Of a stretch of 64,000 nt of DNA, positions 18,867-29,143 are shown one piece after another. The translations under genes were made by a program, and so were the position numbers. Where the stretch lies: the NCBI GenBank assembly GCA_028715215.1, contig JAQUSF010000002.1, forward strand, positions 15-64,014. Reading direction: 5' to 3'. This DNA comes from Candidatus Zixiibacteriota bacterium (GTDB taxonomy: Bacteria > Zixibacteria > MSB-5A5 > GN15 > FEB-12). Position 1 is the first letter of the stretch. Each line of letters opens with the position of its first letter. Below the pieces are notes generated by a model. That model saw only the letters and a list, made by a program, of their open reading frames with translations. It searched no databases and was not told where the DNA came from.

Positions 18867-21167
18867 ACCCTGGCAGACATCTCCGACGCCGTCCATATCG
18901 GCATCCAGCTGATCCGGGTTGTAAACGTAAATGCAGTTATCGCAACTATCGCCGATGCCGTCCTGGTCGGTATCTTCCTGAAGAGGGTTGAATTTTACCG
19001 TACAATTGTCACAGGCGGTACCGACATTGTCATAATCGGGGTCGAGTTGGTCGGGGTTAGCCAGTCCCAGGCAGTTATCACAGGCGTCACCCACGCCATC
19101 TTCATCTTCATCACTCTGTTCGGGATTGTAGGCAAAAGGACAATTGTCGGGGGGGCAGTTGTTTTCAGGATGGTCCGGGTCACCATAGTAGTCGTTATCG
19201 CTGTCAATGCAGGTGTAAGGGTCAAAAGCCGCGGTCATTCTTATGGTGGAATAAGGACCCCATTGACCGTCGTCATCCTGAGCGCGTACTTTGTAATAAT
19301 AGGTGCCGGTTGTCCGGCCGGTGATATTATAAGTGGTATCGATTAAAGTGGAAGACAGGATATTTATATCATGAAATGAGTTGATAGGTGAAATATCGTC
19401 TATGCAGAAGCCGGCAAAACTGGTTGAAGAGTTTTTTGAAACTCTTATCTTGTAATAAATAGTCTGACCGGCAAAAGCGGACAAGTCAAATTTTGCTTCT
19501 ATCCACCCTGGTGAGGTTCCGGAAATATCGTTATATTCTCCAGCAGTAATGTTGCCGGGTATCGAAAAATAATGTAAATTATCGATAGATACACCAACGT
19601 TAACCCAGTCGACATTCTCCTGAAGGTTGTAATAGGTCCAGAATTTTAAGGTGTCACCGGCTGAGACCTGCCAGGATTCTTTAAATAATAAATCACTGAT
19701 TACCCCGGTGGCGTTTCCTGAATAAAAACAGGTAGGCGCCGAGTTGCAGGATATGTCGGTTAAAGTGAAATTTTTACTGGTAAAATTATTGAAATTGTTC
19801 GCCTGGTCAACAGTGTCAAAAGGATTCTGCATCTCTACCAGTTCATAACCGACGGTCGGGTTGAGCGTATCATTTACAGCTGACCAGACAACCGAGAAAT
19901 CCTGAGCATCGACGGTGGAAGGAATGAACAAAGCGGGAGCTTCGGGAGTAAGTACGGAAAATAAGTCATCAGCCCGGCGGGCCAGGAAAAGATTCGCTCC
20001 CAGGTTGACCGAAACCAGTTCGGGAATGCGGAAAAGGGGAGGCCAGAAATAATCGTTGATGGTGCCGACTTCGAATAAAAAGGCCATGTGCTTATCGGTG
20101 TCCATGAAGTTGGCATAGTTCCAGTCCGTGCTGCCGCCATTGACGGGGTACATCAGAATACCCGGTTGTCCGGAGGTATAACTGTTATAAGCGCTCAGGC
20201 TGTCTGACAGGACCCCGTACAATCTCTGGTCGGGACAGGGATCGGTAACATATTCCCAGGGATAAAGAATTTTATTGCCGTAAGAGTGATAATAAATGCT
20301 GGCTTTGAATTCGTGTGCCAGGGTGAAATCGCGAAGGTTCTGACTTTCCGGTTCGGAAAAAGGACCGGTTCCCCGGTAAGTTTCAGTAGACGGATTGGAT
20401 GAAGAGCCAAAATTATCATAACCCCACATGTATCCGAAATTACGATTAAGGTCAATGCCCCATTCACTGCCGACCACATGGCGGCGGTTCTTGCGCCACA
20501 TCCCGCCGCCGCCGGGAGCTATAACTTCATTGAAATAATAACCGTCGGGATTACAGCACAGGATAAACCATAACTCGCGGTTGTTTACCAGGTCGGCAAT
20601 CTCCGGCGAAGTATCGTAATTAGTCAAAAGGTGTTCTATGAAATGAATTAAGATCAGGGGGGTGATAACTTCGCGGGCGTGAATGGCGGCGGTGTACAGT
20701 ACTTCCGGTTCATCTTCATCAATGTTGGGATTATCGGATATTTTGAAAGCCCAGGTTTCCCGGCCTTCGATAGTCTGACCGATACTTTCTTTACTGGAGA
20801 CAAGGTCGGGTCGGGCGGCACAGAGGGAGTCGATATAGGCATTTATTTCCGCCAGGGTCATGTAACCGCCCATGTCCATTTTTTCATTAAGGCGTGATTT
20901 CAAAAAGGCGGTAAGGTCTTCATGAATGGTTTCTGTTTTGATCCCGAAGGATTTGATATAGTCCAGTTCATATTTATCGGTAACGATATCGATAAAACGT
21001 AAACCATGGTAGGTTTCGTCAAGCTGCAGATTTCTGATTTGAAGCCGTTCGCTTTCACTATCGAAAAACAACCGGACCTGCATCGGCGGTAAGTCTCGGG
21101 CGTACAAAGTGATGGTAAGACTTATTAGGAAAGTGAAGAGCAGACTGGTAAGAACGGTTTTTTTCAT
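18642..21167 (-). CDS. Secreted M14 zinc carboxypeptidase with a jelly-roll/FN3-like region, TSP type-3 repeats and the Cys-rich dockerin-like CTD
   Basis: It has a signal peptide. M14 motifs are [11 protein letters not shown] (HxxE), DLNRNF and YHSYG. DxDxDGxGDxCDNC repeats precede the shared 74-aa C-terminal module. A GGAGG RBS is present. Confidence 0.85.
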   Translation of the reverse strand: MKKTVLTSLLFTFLISLTITLYARDLPPMQVRLFFDSESERLQIRNLQLDETYHGLRFIDIVTDKYELDYIKSFGIKTETIHEDLTAFLKSRLNEKMDMGGYMTLAEINAYIDSLCAARPDLVSSKESIGQTIEGRETWAFKISDNPNIDEDEPEVLYTAAIHAREVITPLILIHFIEHLLTNYDTSPEIADLVNNRELWFILCCNPDGYYFNEVIAPGGGGMWRKNRRHVVGSEWGIDLNRNFGYMWGYDNFGSSSNPSTETYRGTGPFSEPESQNLRDFTLAHEFKASIYYHSYGNKILYPWEYVTDPCPDQRLYGVLSDSLSAYNSYTSGQPGILMYPVNGGSTDWNYANFMDTDKHMAFLFEVGTINDYFWPPLFRIPELVSVNLGANLFLARRADDLFSVLTPEAPALFIPSTVDAQDFSVVWSAVNDTLNPTVGYELVEMQNPFDTVDQANNFNNFTSKNFTLTDISCNSAPTCFYSGNATGVISDLLFKESWQVSAGDTLKFWTYYNLQENVDWVNVGVSIDNLHYFSIPGNITAGEYNDISGTSPGWIEAKFDLSAFAGQTIYYKIRVSKNSSTSFAGFCIDDISPINSFHDINILSSTLIDTTYNITGRTTGTYYYKVRAQDDDGQWGPYSTIRMTAAFDPYTCIDSDNDYYGDPDHPENNCPPDNCPFAYNPEQSDEDEDGVGDACDNCLGLANPDQLDPDYDNVGTACDNCTVKFNPLQEDTDQDGIGDSCDNCIYVYNPDQLDADMDGVGDVCQGCCIELTGNSDCSENEEPDISDITRLIDFLYISNDELCCPEEADVDASGGEPDISDITYLIDHLYLSHKDLPPCP

Positions 21168-21292
21168 AGAACCTCCGGAATTACTGATGATTTAAATAAT
21201 TCTACTGACTTCAACTTCCAACCGCTCTTGATGAGTATTATTTACATTTTAATAGACGTAGAATTTAATAAAATGTTTATTTTTTTATTATA

Positions 21293-21335
21293 AAATAAAG
21301 AGTTATCCCTTAGCAGGGGGATAACTCCTTTTTTA
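21293..21335. terminator. Rho-independent terminator downstream of the BNR gene
   Basis: The 10-bp stem GAGTTATCCC (21300-21309) / GGGATAACTC (21318-21327) has T-rich flanks on both strands. Confidence 0.75.
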
Positions 21336-21347
21336 TAACAGGTTTTT

Positions 21348-21572
21348 TTAAAAGCAGTCGGGCAGAGCTCTATGGCTGATATAGAGATGGTCAATGAGGT
21401 AAGTAATATCCGAGATGTCCGGTTCTTCGCCTACTTTATCGACATTGGCTTCATCGGGACAACAAAGCTCGGCATGAGAAATATATAGAAAATCAATCAG
21501 CCGGGTAATGTCGGAAATATCCGGTTCTTCGGTTTCGGAACAATCGACATTTCCGGTCACACCGATGCAGCA
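21348..21572 (-). repeat. Shared CTD coding segment (copy 2, BNR protein)
   Basis: [74 protein letters not shown], then stop. Confidence 0.9.
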
Positions 21573-24320
21573 GCTTTCACAAACATTACCGATACCGTCC
21601 TCGTCATCATCGAGCTGATCCGGATTGTATACGAAAATACAATTATCGCAACTATCCCCGATACCGTCCTCGTCGACATCTTCCTGCTGAGGATTGTATT
21701 TATCCAGGCAATTATCACCGCCGTCGCAGATATCGTCGTTGTCGGCGTCATTGAGGGCGTCATAAGGGCATTTGTCGCAGGTGTCGCCGATATCGTCGTT
21801 ATCGGTATCCTCCTGAAGAGGATTGGCCGCCAACTGACAGTTATCATTGATATCGAGAATGCCGTCGTTATCATCGTCATCGTCGCAGGCATTGCCCAGG
21901 AAATCGTGGTCGTTATTTGCCTGGTCGGGATTAGCAACCGCCGGGCAGTTATCGCAATCGTCCGGATAGCCGTCCTCGTCGGAGTCACTGGTGCTTTCGC
22001 AGCCCAGAGCCAACCGATACATTGAGCGGCCATGCGTTCCGGCAACCAGGGTTTTGGTCGTGTAATGGTATTCCAGGTCATGCACGGCTACCAGGGGCAT
22101 ACCGGTGCCTAAAGGTTCCCATTCGGCGCCCAGGTTGACGGTTCTGAAAACCCCGACATCGGTAGCAATATAAAGGATGTTGTTGTTGTAAGCGTCGACG
22201 ATACAATCGTTGATGGGGACGTCGGGAAGATTGCCGCTGATATCAGTCCAGGTCTGGCCGTAGTCGCTGGTGCGGTGAATATGCGCCAGCTTGTCGCCAT
22301 CCTGCCGAAAACCGCTGTGCGTTACATAAGCTACGGCGGCATTGAAAGGATCTACCGTAACGCGGGTGACAAAGCGAACGGGCAGACCGTCGCTTATGTT
22401 GTTCCAGTTGGCACCGCCATCGGTGGTTACCGCGACAGTACCATTGGCTGTACCGGCATATACGACCATGGTATCCGAACGGGAGATGCCGATAGCCGTG
22501 ATGAAATAGGTGGTGATAGGATAGCTGTAAGCCTGCCAGGATTGCGCCCCGTTGACGGTTCGGTAAATGGCCTGGGCGCCGTAAAATAATTTTCGAGGAT
22601 TGTTGGGATCCATCTCCACGGGCGTCAACCAGCCCCGGTTTTCAGCGGTATTTATGCCGCTTATAGACAGATAAAGAGTTGTTCCGGCATTGTAGGAACG
22701 GCAGAAATTACCATACTGCCACGAAGCGTAGATGTTATCCGAATTGGTGTAATCGACCAGACAGCAGAAACCATCACCCCCGAGGATATGGTCCCAGCCG
22801 TAAAGGTCACCGGTCATCGTGCGTGAAGTTCCGTTATCCTGGGCACCGCCGTAAAGACGCTCGGGGCGGAGATAATCCTGGGCAATGGCGTAGTACTCGG
22901 TATTGGGCATATTCATGAAATTCGTCCAGGTGCTTCCCTGGTCGGTTGAATAACTTACGCCGCCATCATGGCCAATATAAAGGATACTGTCATTATCTTC
23001 GAGGATATACATGGCGTGCATATCAACATGGGGATTACCATCCGGGTCACCCGAAGGATTGCCTTTGGATATATTGACCCAGTAATTTCCGCCATTGATA
23101 CTTTTCGCCAGGTCGAAATCCAGAACATAAACAATTTCCGGATTGGTCGGGGAGACGCGGATGTTGCAGAAATACCAGATACGACCGCCGGCGGTATAAT
23201 TAATCAGAGTGGTTATATTGGTCGGGGTCCAGGTTACACCGAGGTCATCACTGCGAAAAACATTACTTATATAAGAATCATTGAATTCCGTAGGGATAGG
23301 CACACCTTCGGAAAAGAGCGCGTAAGCGGTGGTATGGGTTTTACCGAAAGTGACCGCCATCCGACCCAGGTTACCTGCAGCGGTCAGGCCGTTGGTGCCG
23401 GTTATATTGGTCCAGGTGTTGCCCCGGTCAGGGGAACGCCAGAGGGTGGTACCCGGTCCGAAACGAACCTGCCACATGGCGGCCAGCAGAACACCGGAAT
23501 CGGCATGGAGGGCAATATCGATGCAACCGGTATAATTGTCGACATATAGAATTTGTTCCCATGTGGCTCCGCCGTTCTGAGAGCGATACAAGCCGCGTTC
23601 GGGATGAGGTGCTCCCCAGTAAGTGCCTACGGCAGCGACATATACGGTATCGGGGTAATCGGGGTCGACAATTATTCGACCTATTCGGTAACTATTTTCC
23701 AGACCGATATGAGTCCAGGTGGCACCGGCGTCGATGGATTTATAAATACCGTTGCCTTCGTAGGAGGAGTTACGGGGATTCGGTTCTCCGGTACCCACGT
23801 AGATAATATTGGGGTTGGAGGGGTCAATGGCGACAGCGCCTATCGAGGGTGCACCTTCGTTGTCAAAAATGGCGGTGAAGGATTGACCAAGGTCGGTTGA
23901 TTTAAAAACTCCTCCCGATGATGAAGCTACATATATGGTATTGGGGTCGGAGGGGTGAATTGCCAGGTCACATATACGTCCTGGTACATTATAAGGACCC
24001 GCTTCTTCCCAGGTGCCATCCACCTGGCCGGATTTCAAAGCCGCATAAGCCCGGCGCATCTCTTTGGCTTCCTGGACGGCTTCTCGAAGTTGCCGGGGTG
24101 GAATAGTTTGATAGGGAAAAGCCCGTTGCTGGAAAAACCAGTCGCTGGGCCGAGCCTGCTTTTCAAGCCGGGCGAGTTTTTTGGATTGTTCAAAGGTAAT
24201 CGGAATTAATTTGATTGGTGTGTCTTCGGCAAAGTCCTCAGCCGGGCGGCTTGTGGTCAGGTAAGCCGCTAAAAGAACCAGCATGATTAACGGTACCAGA
24301 CAGGTTAGTTTTTTTATCAT
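21348..24320 (-). CDS. Secreted BNR/Asp-box repeat beta-propeller protein (sortilin/VPS10- or xyloglucanase-like) with TSP type-3 repeats and the dockerin-like CTD
   Basis: It has a signal or anchor segment. About 10 Asp-box motifs (SxDxGxTW) are present, e.g. KSTDLGQSF, KSIDAGATW, RSQNGGATW and STDQGSTW. TSP3 repeats and the shared CTD follow. Confidence 0.8.
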   Translation of the reverse strand: MIKKLTCLVPLIMLVLLAAYLTTSRPAEDFAEDTPIKLIPITFEQSKKLARLEKQARPSDWFFQQRAFPYQTIPPRQLREAVQEAKEMRRAYAALKSGQVDGTWEEAGPYNVPGRICDLAIHPSDPNTIYVASSSGGVFKSTDLGQSFTAIFDNEGAPSIGAVAIDPSNPNIIYVGTGEPNPRNSSYEGNGIYKSIDAGATWTHIGLENSYRIGRIIVDPDYPDTVYVAAVGTYWGAPHPERGLYRSQNGGATWEQILYVDNYTGCIDIALHADSGVLLAAMWQVRFGPGTTLWRSPDRGNTWTNITGTNGLTAAGNLGRMAVTFGKTHTTAYALFSEGVPIPTEFNDSYISNVFRSDDLGVTWTPTNITTLINYTAGGRIWYFCNIRVSPTNPEIVYVLDFDLAKSINGGNYWVNISKGNPSGDPDGNPHVDMHAMYILEDNDSILYIGHDGGVSYSTDQGSTWTNFMNMPNTEYYAIAQDYLRPERLYGGAQDNGTSRTMTGDLYGWDHILGGDGFCCLVDYTNSDNIYASWQYGNFCRSYNAGTTLYLSISGINTAENRGWLTPVEMDPNNPRKLFYGAQAIYRTVNGAQSWQAYSYPITTYFITAIGISRSDTMVVYAGTANGTVAVTTDGGANWNNISDGLPVRFVTRVTVDPFNAAVAYVTHSGFRQDGDKLAHIHRTSDYGQTWTDISGNLPDVPINDCIVDAYNNNILYIATDVGVFRTVNLGAEWEPLGTGMPLVAVHDLEYHYTTKTLVAGTHGRSMYRLALGCESTSDSDEDGYPDDCDNCPAVANPDQANNDHDFLGNACDDDDDNDGILDINDNCQLAANPLQEDTDNDDIGDTCDKCPYDALNDADNDDICDGGDNCLDKYNPQQEDVDEDGIGDSCDNCIFVYNPDQLDDDEDGIGNVCESCCIGVTGNVDCSETEEPDISDITRLIDFLYISHAELCCPDEANVDKVGEEPDISDITYLIDHLYISHRALPDCF

Positions 24321-24565
24321 ACACCCACCATTTGTAAATAATTTATTTTTATTTATAAACGAACTTTAATGAGCAACCTTTATATGAACCTATATAAGGT
24401 ACATCTATAAGTATGATAGCAGCTTCTTTTCTTACGAAAAAATGATTAAGAAGTTAAAAAAAATCCATACTATTAAGAACAATATATTAATAGACTCAAT
24501 AACGACAATTTGTGTTTAATGGTTTTTCCGGGGCGTAGATTTTGCGTTTTGAAGGTTTACTATAT

Positions 24566-24790
24566 TTACGGGCATTCCGGTAAGGGATTATGCGAGAGGT
24601 ACAAATGGTCGATTAAGAGAGTTATATCGGAAATATCGGGTCCGCCGCCGCTACCGTTGACATCGGCTTCCTCATAGCAGCACAAAGGCTTATGGGACAG
24701 GTAAAGGTGGTCAATCAGGGTGGTTATGTCGGAAATATCCGGAGCCTCGTTGGGAGAACAGTCAACATTGCCGGTGAATCCTATACAACA
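24566..24790 (-). repeat. Shared CTD coding segment (copy 3, FN3 protein)
   Basis: [74 protein letters not shown], then stop. Confidence 0.9.
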
Positions 24791-26002
24791 GTCCACTTTG
24801 GTAATATGAAAACACAGCGGTTCGGCATACCAGGCTGGTTTGACCGTGTCAACCGAACAGGAATTCGAACCAGTCCATCGCCATGTAAAAGCCGCCATGG
24901 GCATTGCGGTCGTATCAAATATCACTATTGTATCAATACATATTTGTTTGCCTATATCATCAGGAGCGGGTTTAATGGTAACTAAGAAAGCACGGTCATT
25001 AAAACCTTCATATAAACCGGGACCGCTCGTGGTTTGGGCGGCCAGGCCGACAGTATCGATTCCATCACCATCGCAACTGAAACAACCGAGGTTTACAGAA
25101 CTGAACTCGGTTTTGCCGATATTGACCGTATCTGCAAGAGTATAACTCCAGTGAGCGTCGTCGGGTGAATATACTTTTAAATTTAAGCTTATATTAAAGA
25201 AGCAATCGGTTTCACCGGATATATTTATTGCGCGGAAATAAAAGGTGACTTTTTTACCGGCGGCGATAGTGTCTTCAAAACCCAGCTCATTTTTCGGACC
25301 GGCGGCATTAGCAATACTGTCAAGGGTGATTTCCTGAATCCTTACATAGGCGGTGACAACCCCGGAATGAGGTGAAAAATTACCGGCCTGGTCCTGGGCG
25401 ATAACCAGGTAATTGAACCCCTCAGTCGGGTAAACATCATAATCGATATAAAAACTGTCAGCTATACCGGGGTCCGCCAGTGAACCGGCGGTATTGTCCA
25501 GACGAAAGAAGGAACCATTGGAACCGGCTGAACGGCGATAGAGATGGTAAGTAAGGCCGGGGAGAGCTGTCCAGTGGATTAAAATACTAGAAGTGTCAAG
25601 GGAACGAGCTCTTAGGTCGTCCGGTTTCGAAGGCCAGTTGACCGGGTTTAAGGTGACATTTTCTTGCTGGTAGGAATTGTGAGGAATCATTTTTTCCAGA
25701 TGAAAGCCTTCGCCGTTGTGATGATTAAAAAAGTAATAATCATAGGGATTATCCGGCGCCTCGGTAAGATAGTTTTGAAAATCATCATACCAGATAGTGT
25801 CATCATAACCGGCACCGTCACAGGTTTCTATTCTTAGCTCTTCATCGGTATCATCGAGGAAACCGAAAAAAGTAATATGGCTGTCAGCCGGGAAGGTTAA
25901 ATCGGCATTGGTAACCAGGCCATATATGGAGCCCTGCCCCAAAGCCGTTGAACCGAAAAAAAATAATAATCCGGTAAGTAATATCACAAGGGTTTTAAAC
26001 AT
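24566..26002 (-). CDS. Secreted protein with an FN3-like domain and the dockerin-like CTD; no catalytic domain recognised
   Basis: It has a signal peptide (LLFFFGSTALGQG), an FN3-like stretch (SILIHWTALPGLTYHLYRR) and the shared 74-aa CTD. Confidence 0.7.
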   Translation of the reverse strand: MFKTLVILLTGLLFFFGSTALGQGSIYGLVTNADLTFPADSHITFFGFLDDTDEELRIETCDGAGYDDTIWYDDFQNYLTEAPDNPYDYYFFNHHNGEGFHLEKMIPHNSYQQENVTLNPVNWPSKPDDLRARSLDTSSILIHWTALPGLTYHLYRRSAGSNGSFFRLDNTAGSLADPGIADSFYIDYDVYPTEGFNYLVIAQDQAGNFSPHSGVVTAYVRIQEITLDSIANAAGPKNELGFEDTIAAGKKVTFYFRAINISGETDCFFNISLNLKVYSPDDAHWSYTLADTVNIGKTEFSSVNLGCFSCDGDGIDTVGLAAQTTSGPGLYEGFNDRAFLVTIKPAPDDIGKQICIDTIVIFDTTAMPMAAFTWRWTGSNSCSVDTVKPAWYAEPLCFHITKVDCCIGFTGNVDCSPNEAPDISDITTLIDHLYLSHKPLCCYEEADVNGSGGGPDISDITLLIDHLYLSHNPLPECP

Positions 26003-26316
26003 ATCTTTTTTTACTATCGGTCGAAAATAGGGTTTTCAAACCCGGAGCAAGGAGTTTTGGTTTATGTTCACTTTAAAAAAGTTCTTCGTAAGTACCGTTT
26101 TTGGGTTTCCTGCCTGTTTTATAGTACGGAAGTAATATATTTTTGTCAATGCCAAGACTTCATATCGATTTAAACAAGGTAATTGATAAATTGTTCATTT
26201 TTTATACAAGTGTATTCAAATCATGAATATCGGGCGTTTCAAGCGGTATTAAGGAATAGCACAACCTTTCCGAAAAATAGAGGAAAGACAAGAAATAACC
26301 TCATTCAGGAGTTCCT

Positions 26317-27447
26317 ATGTCGTTATTAATAGAAGTAATTGAGTGGATGGATCCGACCGGGGAAGAGATGATTTACCGTATTCCGCAGGAGGGTTCCGCG
26401 GATTTCAAGATGGGAGCCCAGTTGATTGTCCGGGACAGCCAGATAGCCATCTTCTTTAAAAGTGGCCATGCGGCAGATTCCTTCACGGTGGGGCGGCATA
26501 CGCTGACCACTATGAATATCCCGATTTTAACCCGGCTGTTATCGTTTCCGCTGGGTTTTAACTCGCCTTTTCGAGCAGAAGTTTATTTTGTCAACCTGAA
26601 GGTTTTTACCAATCTGAAATGGGGAACCACTCATCCGGTTACTTTTAAAGACAGTAAGCTGGGACTTATTCGTTTGCGCGGTCACGGGGCATTCACCATG
26701 CGTATTGTGGAACCGATTCTGTTTTTGAACAGCATCGTCGGGCGCCAGGCGAAATATACCACCCGGGATATCCAGAGTTACCTTCGGGATGTCATCGTGG
26801 CCCGCCTGAATGACCTGCTGGGGGAGAAACTTGATACTATCCTGGACCTTCCGGCTATCTATACGGAACTGGCCGAGGAATTCAAGGAGAAAATACATCT
26901 TGAGTTTTCCAAATATGGACTGGAACTGACCGACTTCTTTATTTCTTCAATTACTCCTCCCGAGGAAGTTTCGAAAATGATCGACCAGCGCTCGGGTCTG
27001 GAGGCGGTGGGAGATTTGGACAAGTTTTTGAAATTCGAAATGGCCAGGGGACTGGGTTATGCGGGTGGTCCGGCTGCAGCCGGGTCAGGCATGGGTATGG
27101 CGGCCGGTGTCGGACTGATGCTGCCCGGGATGATAAACAAAGTTTTTGCTCCCGAACAAACCGAACTCAAGCGGGAAAGCGTCAGTACCGTAACCTGCCC
27201 CAAATGTCACAGCAGTACTCCGGAGCAATCCCGTTATTGTTACCGTTGCGGGCACCCTATGATTACTCAGAATTTCTGCCCTTCCTGTAACGAAGAACTG
27301 CCGACCGAAGCCAAATTCTGCCTGCATTGCGGTTTCAAGCTTGATTCCAAGTTGAAATGTCCGCATTGCTCGGCGGAACTTATTCCCGGCTCGAAATTCT
27401 GCGGCGAATGCGGCAAACCGGTAAAAGGTGATGAAAAACAACAATAA
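26317..27447 (+). CDS. SPFH/band-7 domain protein with C-terminal zinc ribbons (YdjI/COG4260-like)
   Basis: The N-terminus VIEWMDP...IYRIP......GAQLIVRDSQ.AIFF..G is typical of this SPFH subgroup. Three CxxC...CxxCG zinc-ribbon units sit at the C-terminus. Confidence 0.75.
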   Translation: MSLLIEVIEWMDPTGEEMIYRIPQEGSADFKMGAQLIVRDSQIAIFFKSGHAADSFTVGRHTLTTMNIPILTRLLSFPLGFNSPFRAEVYFVNLKVFTNLKWGTTHPVTFKDSKLGLIRLRGHGAFTMRIVEPILFLNSIVGRQAKYTTRDIQSYLRDVIVARLNDLLGEKLDTILDLPAIYTELAEEFKEKIHLEFSKYGLELTDFFISSITPPEEVSKMIDQRSGLEAVGDLDKFLKFEMARGLGYAGGPAAAGSGMGMAAGVGLMLPGMINKVFAPEQTELKRESVSTVTCPKCHSSTPEQSRYCYRCGHPMITQNFCPSCNEELPTEAKFCLHCGFKLDSKLKCPHCSAELIPGSKFCGECGKPVKGDEKQQ

Positions 27448-28843
27448 TAAAAGCGGTTTCTATATTGGCGTTACCTGCCCGGGCTGCGGCGCCGATTTGG
27501 AACTGGAAAAAGACTTTTTTACTCTTACCTGCAGTCATTGCGGCTCGGTCTTGAGGATAAAAATGCCTCAGGCGCCACCTGCCTACCTGGTAAAAAACAC
27601 TCAGACGCCCCGGGAGATCAAGTTCAATGTCGACCGGTACCTGAAAAGGAATATGCTTCCTCTGACCGCTCCGGACCTTCAAATAAAACATCTTTACTAT
27701 CCCTACTGGAAGGTTGAAGGATTGATGCTTAAAGTACGTAATAAGGTTAATGAACGGGTCATACGCGATGCTTCTGAATATCAGGACCGCGTGATCAGCC
27801 AGGTAGCCCGGACGGAAATTGGCATCTCACCCTATCTGGTAACAGTAGCTGCGGGAAGCTTCTTCGAAGGCATCCCTGATTCCCTGGGCTTACGCTCCGA
27901 GTATGTTAAGTTGCTTCCTTTTTCGAAAGAAAATGTTCAGGATGGTTTCGATTCGCTGCCGGTCAGGCGGCCCTATGATAAAGTTCAGGCTGCCGTGCTC
28001 GATTCGGTAAAAAGCGTTGGCGAGATAGATAACCCGGCTTTCGGCACCAATCTTACCGAGCTCTTTCATCCGAATTATGAAATTATTTATTTTCCCTATG
28101 CGCTGGTGGAGAGTTACGGTGAGGAAGGGTTTGACCGTTTTATCGTTGATGGTCTCTCCGGGCGGGTAGTGAAACATCTGACTCAGTTTACCCTCGATGA
28201 AGATGCGGATTATACCGAGATTCCTCCTCTGGATTTCGGCCGGCTGACTGTCGAATATCACCGCTGTTATAATTGCGGTAAGGACCTGCCTGACCGGCAT
28301 TCGCTGGTCTATATCTGCGAGAATTGCCATGTTCTCAATGTCATCGATAAAAGCCAGTATCGGATTAATGAGATAGCGCTGGTTAATAGTGAAAGCCGGG
28401 AGGCGGATATCCTTTTGCCTTTCTGGTCGTTTAAAATTCCTGAGGTATTGCAAGCCCGGCTGGAGCCTTTATTCGGGGGCATTAGGAAATCGGACCGCCT
28501 AGTCGTACCGGCCTTTGCCGTTAATAATTATGAAGCCGCTTATCGTCTGGCTAAGAGAATGTCAGCCGCCTCACCGCAGTTGGACCTGGTGCCGGTGGAA
28601 ACCTTTGACCTTCGCTTCCGGGCTGTTGACCTGTGTCTTGATAAAGCCCTGGTTTTGGTGGATATATTAATTTATCGCGCCCAGCTGGAAAGACAAAACA
28701 CCCTGAAAAGTAAAGATGAAAGCATCGTTTTTCAGGCGGAACAGGTTGCTTTATTCTACACTCCCTTCCATCCGGATAATTATTTCATGGTTGATTCGAT
28801 AATAAACGCCATCACGTTTGAAAAAAACCTCGTTCCCGGTTAA
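27428..28843 (+). CDS. Zinc-ribbon-containing hypothetical protein, partner of the SPFH protein
   Basis: CPGCGADL...CSHCGS lies at the N-terminus and CYNCGKDL...CENCH in the middle of the protein. It overlaps the SPFH gene by 20 nt. The start is GTG 27428 or ATG 27431. Confidence 0.6.
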   Translation: MMKNNNNKSGFYIGVTCPGCGADLELEKDFFTLTCSHCGSVLRIKMPQAPPAYLVKNTQTPREIKFNVDRYLKRNMLPLTAPDLQIKHLYYPYWKVEGLMLKVRNKVNERVIRDASEYQDRVISQVARTEIGISPYLVTVAAGSFFEGIPDSLGLRSEYVKLLPFSKENVQDGFDSLPVRRPYDKVQAAVLDSVKSVGEIDNPAFGTNLTELFHPNYEIIYFPYALVESYGEEGFDRFIVDGLSGRVVKHLTQFTLDEDADYTEIPPLDFGRLTVEYHRCYNCGKDLPDRHSLVYICENCHVLNVIDKSQYRINEIALVNSESREADILLPFWSFKIPEVLQARLEPLFGGIRKSDRLVVPAFAVNNYEAAYRLAKRMSAASPQLDLVPVETFDLRFRAVDLCLDKALVLVDILIYRAQLERQNTLKSKDESIVFQAEQVALFYTPFHPDNYFMVDSIINAITFEKNLVPG

Positions 28844-28863
28844 GAAATTTTAGCTGACGGATA

Positions 28864-28906
28864 ATAAAAAAAGCCGCCTGGTTGATACTTCGGCGGCTTT
28901 TTTTAT
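28864..28906. terminator. Bidirectional rho-independent terminator
   Basis: The stem AAGCCGCC (28871-28878) / GGCGGCTT (28892-28899) is flanked by an A-run and a T-run, between convergent genes. Confidence 0.8.
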
Positions 28907-28918
28907 GATTGATTTCTT

Positions 28919-29143
28919 TTATGGGCAGTCCGGCAGCGCTTTGTGGGTCAGATAAAGGTGGTCTATCAGGTAAGTGATGTCGGAAATATCTGGTTCTCCT
29001 CCTGACCGGTCGACATCGGCTTCTGGCAGACAGCACAATTCCGTCTGACTGATATAAAGATAATCAATAAGGCGGGTAATGTCGGCGATATCCGGTTGGT
29101 CGGATTCGGAGCAATCGGCGTTCCCGGTCAGGCCCTGGCAACA
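28919..29143 (-). repeat. Shared CTD coding segment (copy 4, M14)
   Basis: [74 protein letters not shown], then stop. Confidence 0.9.

Noticed and set aside
18867-19211. Periodic short DNA repeats here might have suggested a CRISPR array or tandem repeat locus. The same pattern occurs at 21573..22001, 29144..29419 and 53793..54239.
   Set aside because: The periodicity is protein-level, from thrombospondin type-3 repeats inside long ORFs. The units are imperfect and have no spacer/repeat structure, and no cas genes are present.
21557-22081. A 174-aa same-strand, alternative-frame ORF rich in Thr, Ile and Ala lies over the TSP3 repeat region of the BNR gene. Smaller analogues lie at 18995..19225 and 29275..29466.
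   Set aside because: It is a by-product of the GAY/AAY-rich periodic TSP3 coding repeats. The annotated frame gives canonical DxDxDG/CDNCP repeats and the alternative frame gives nonsense repeats.
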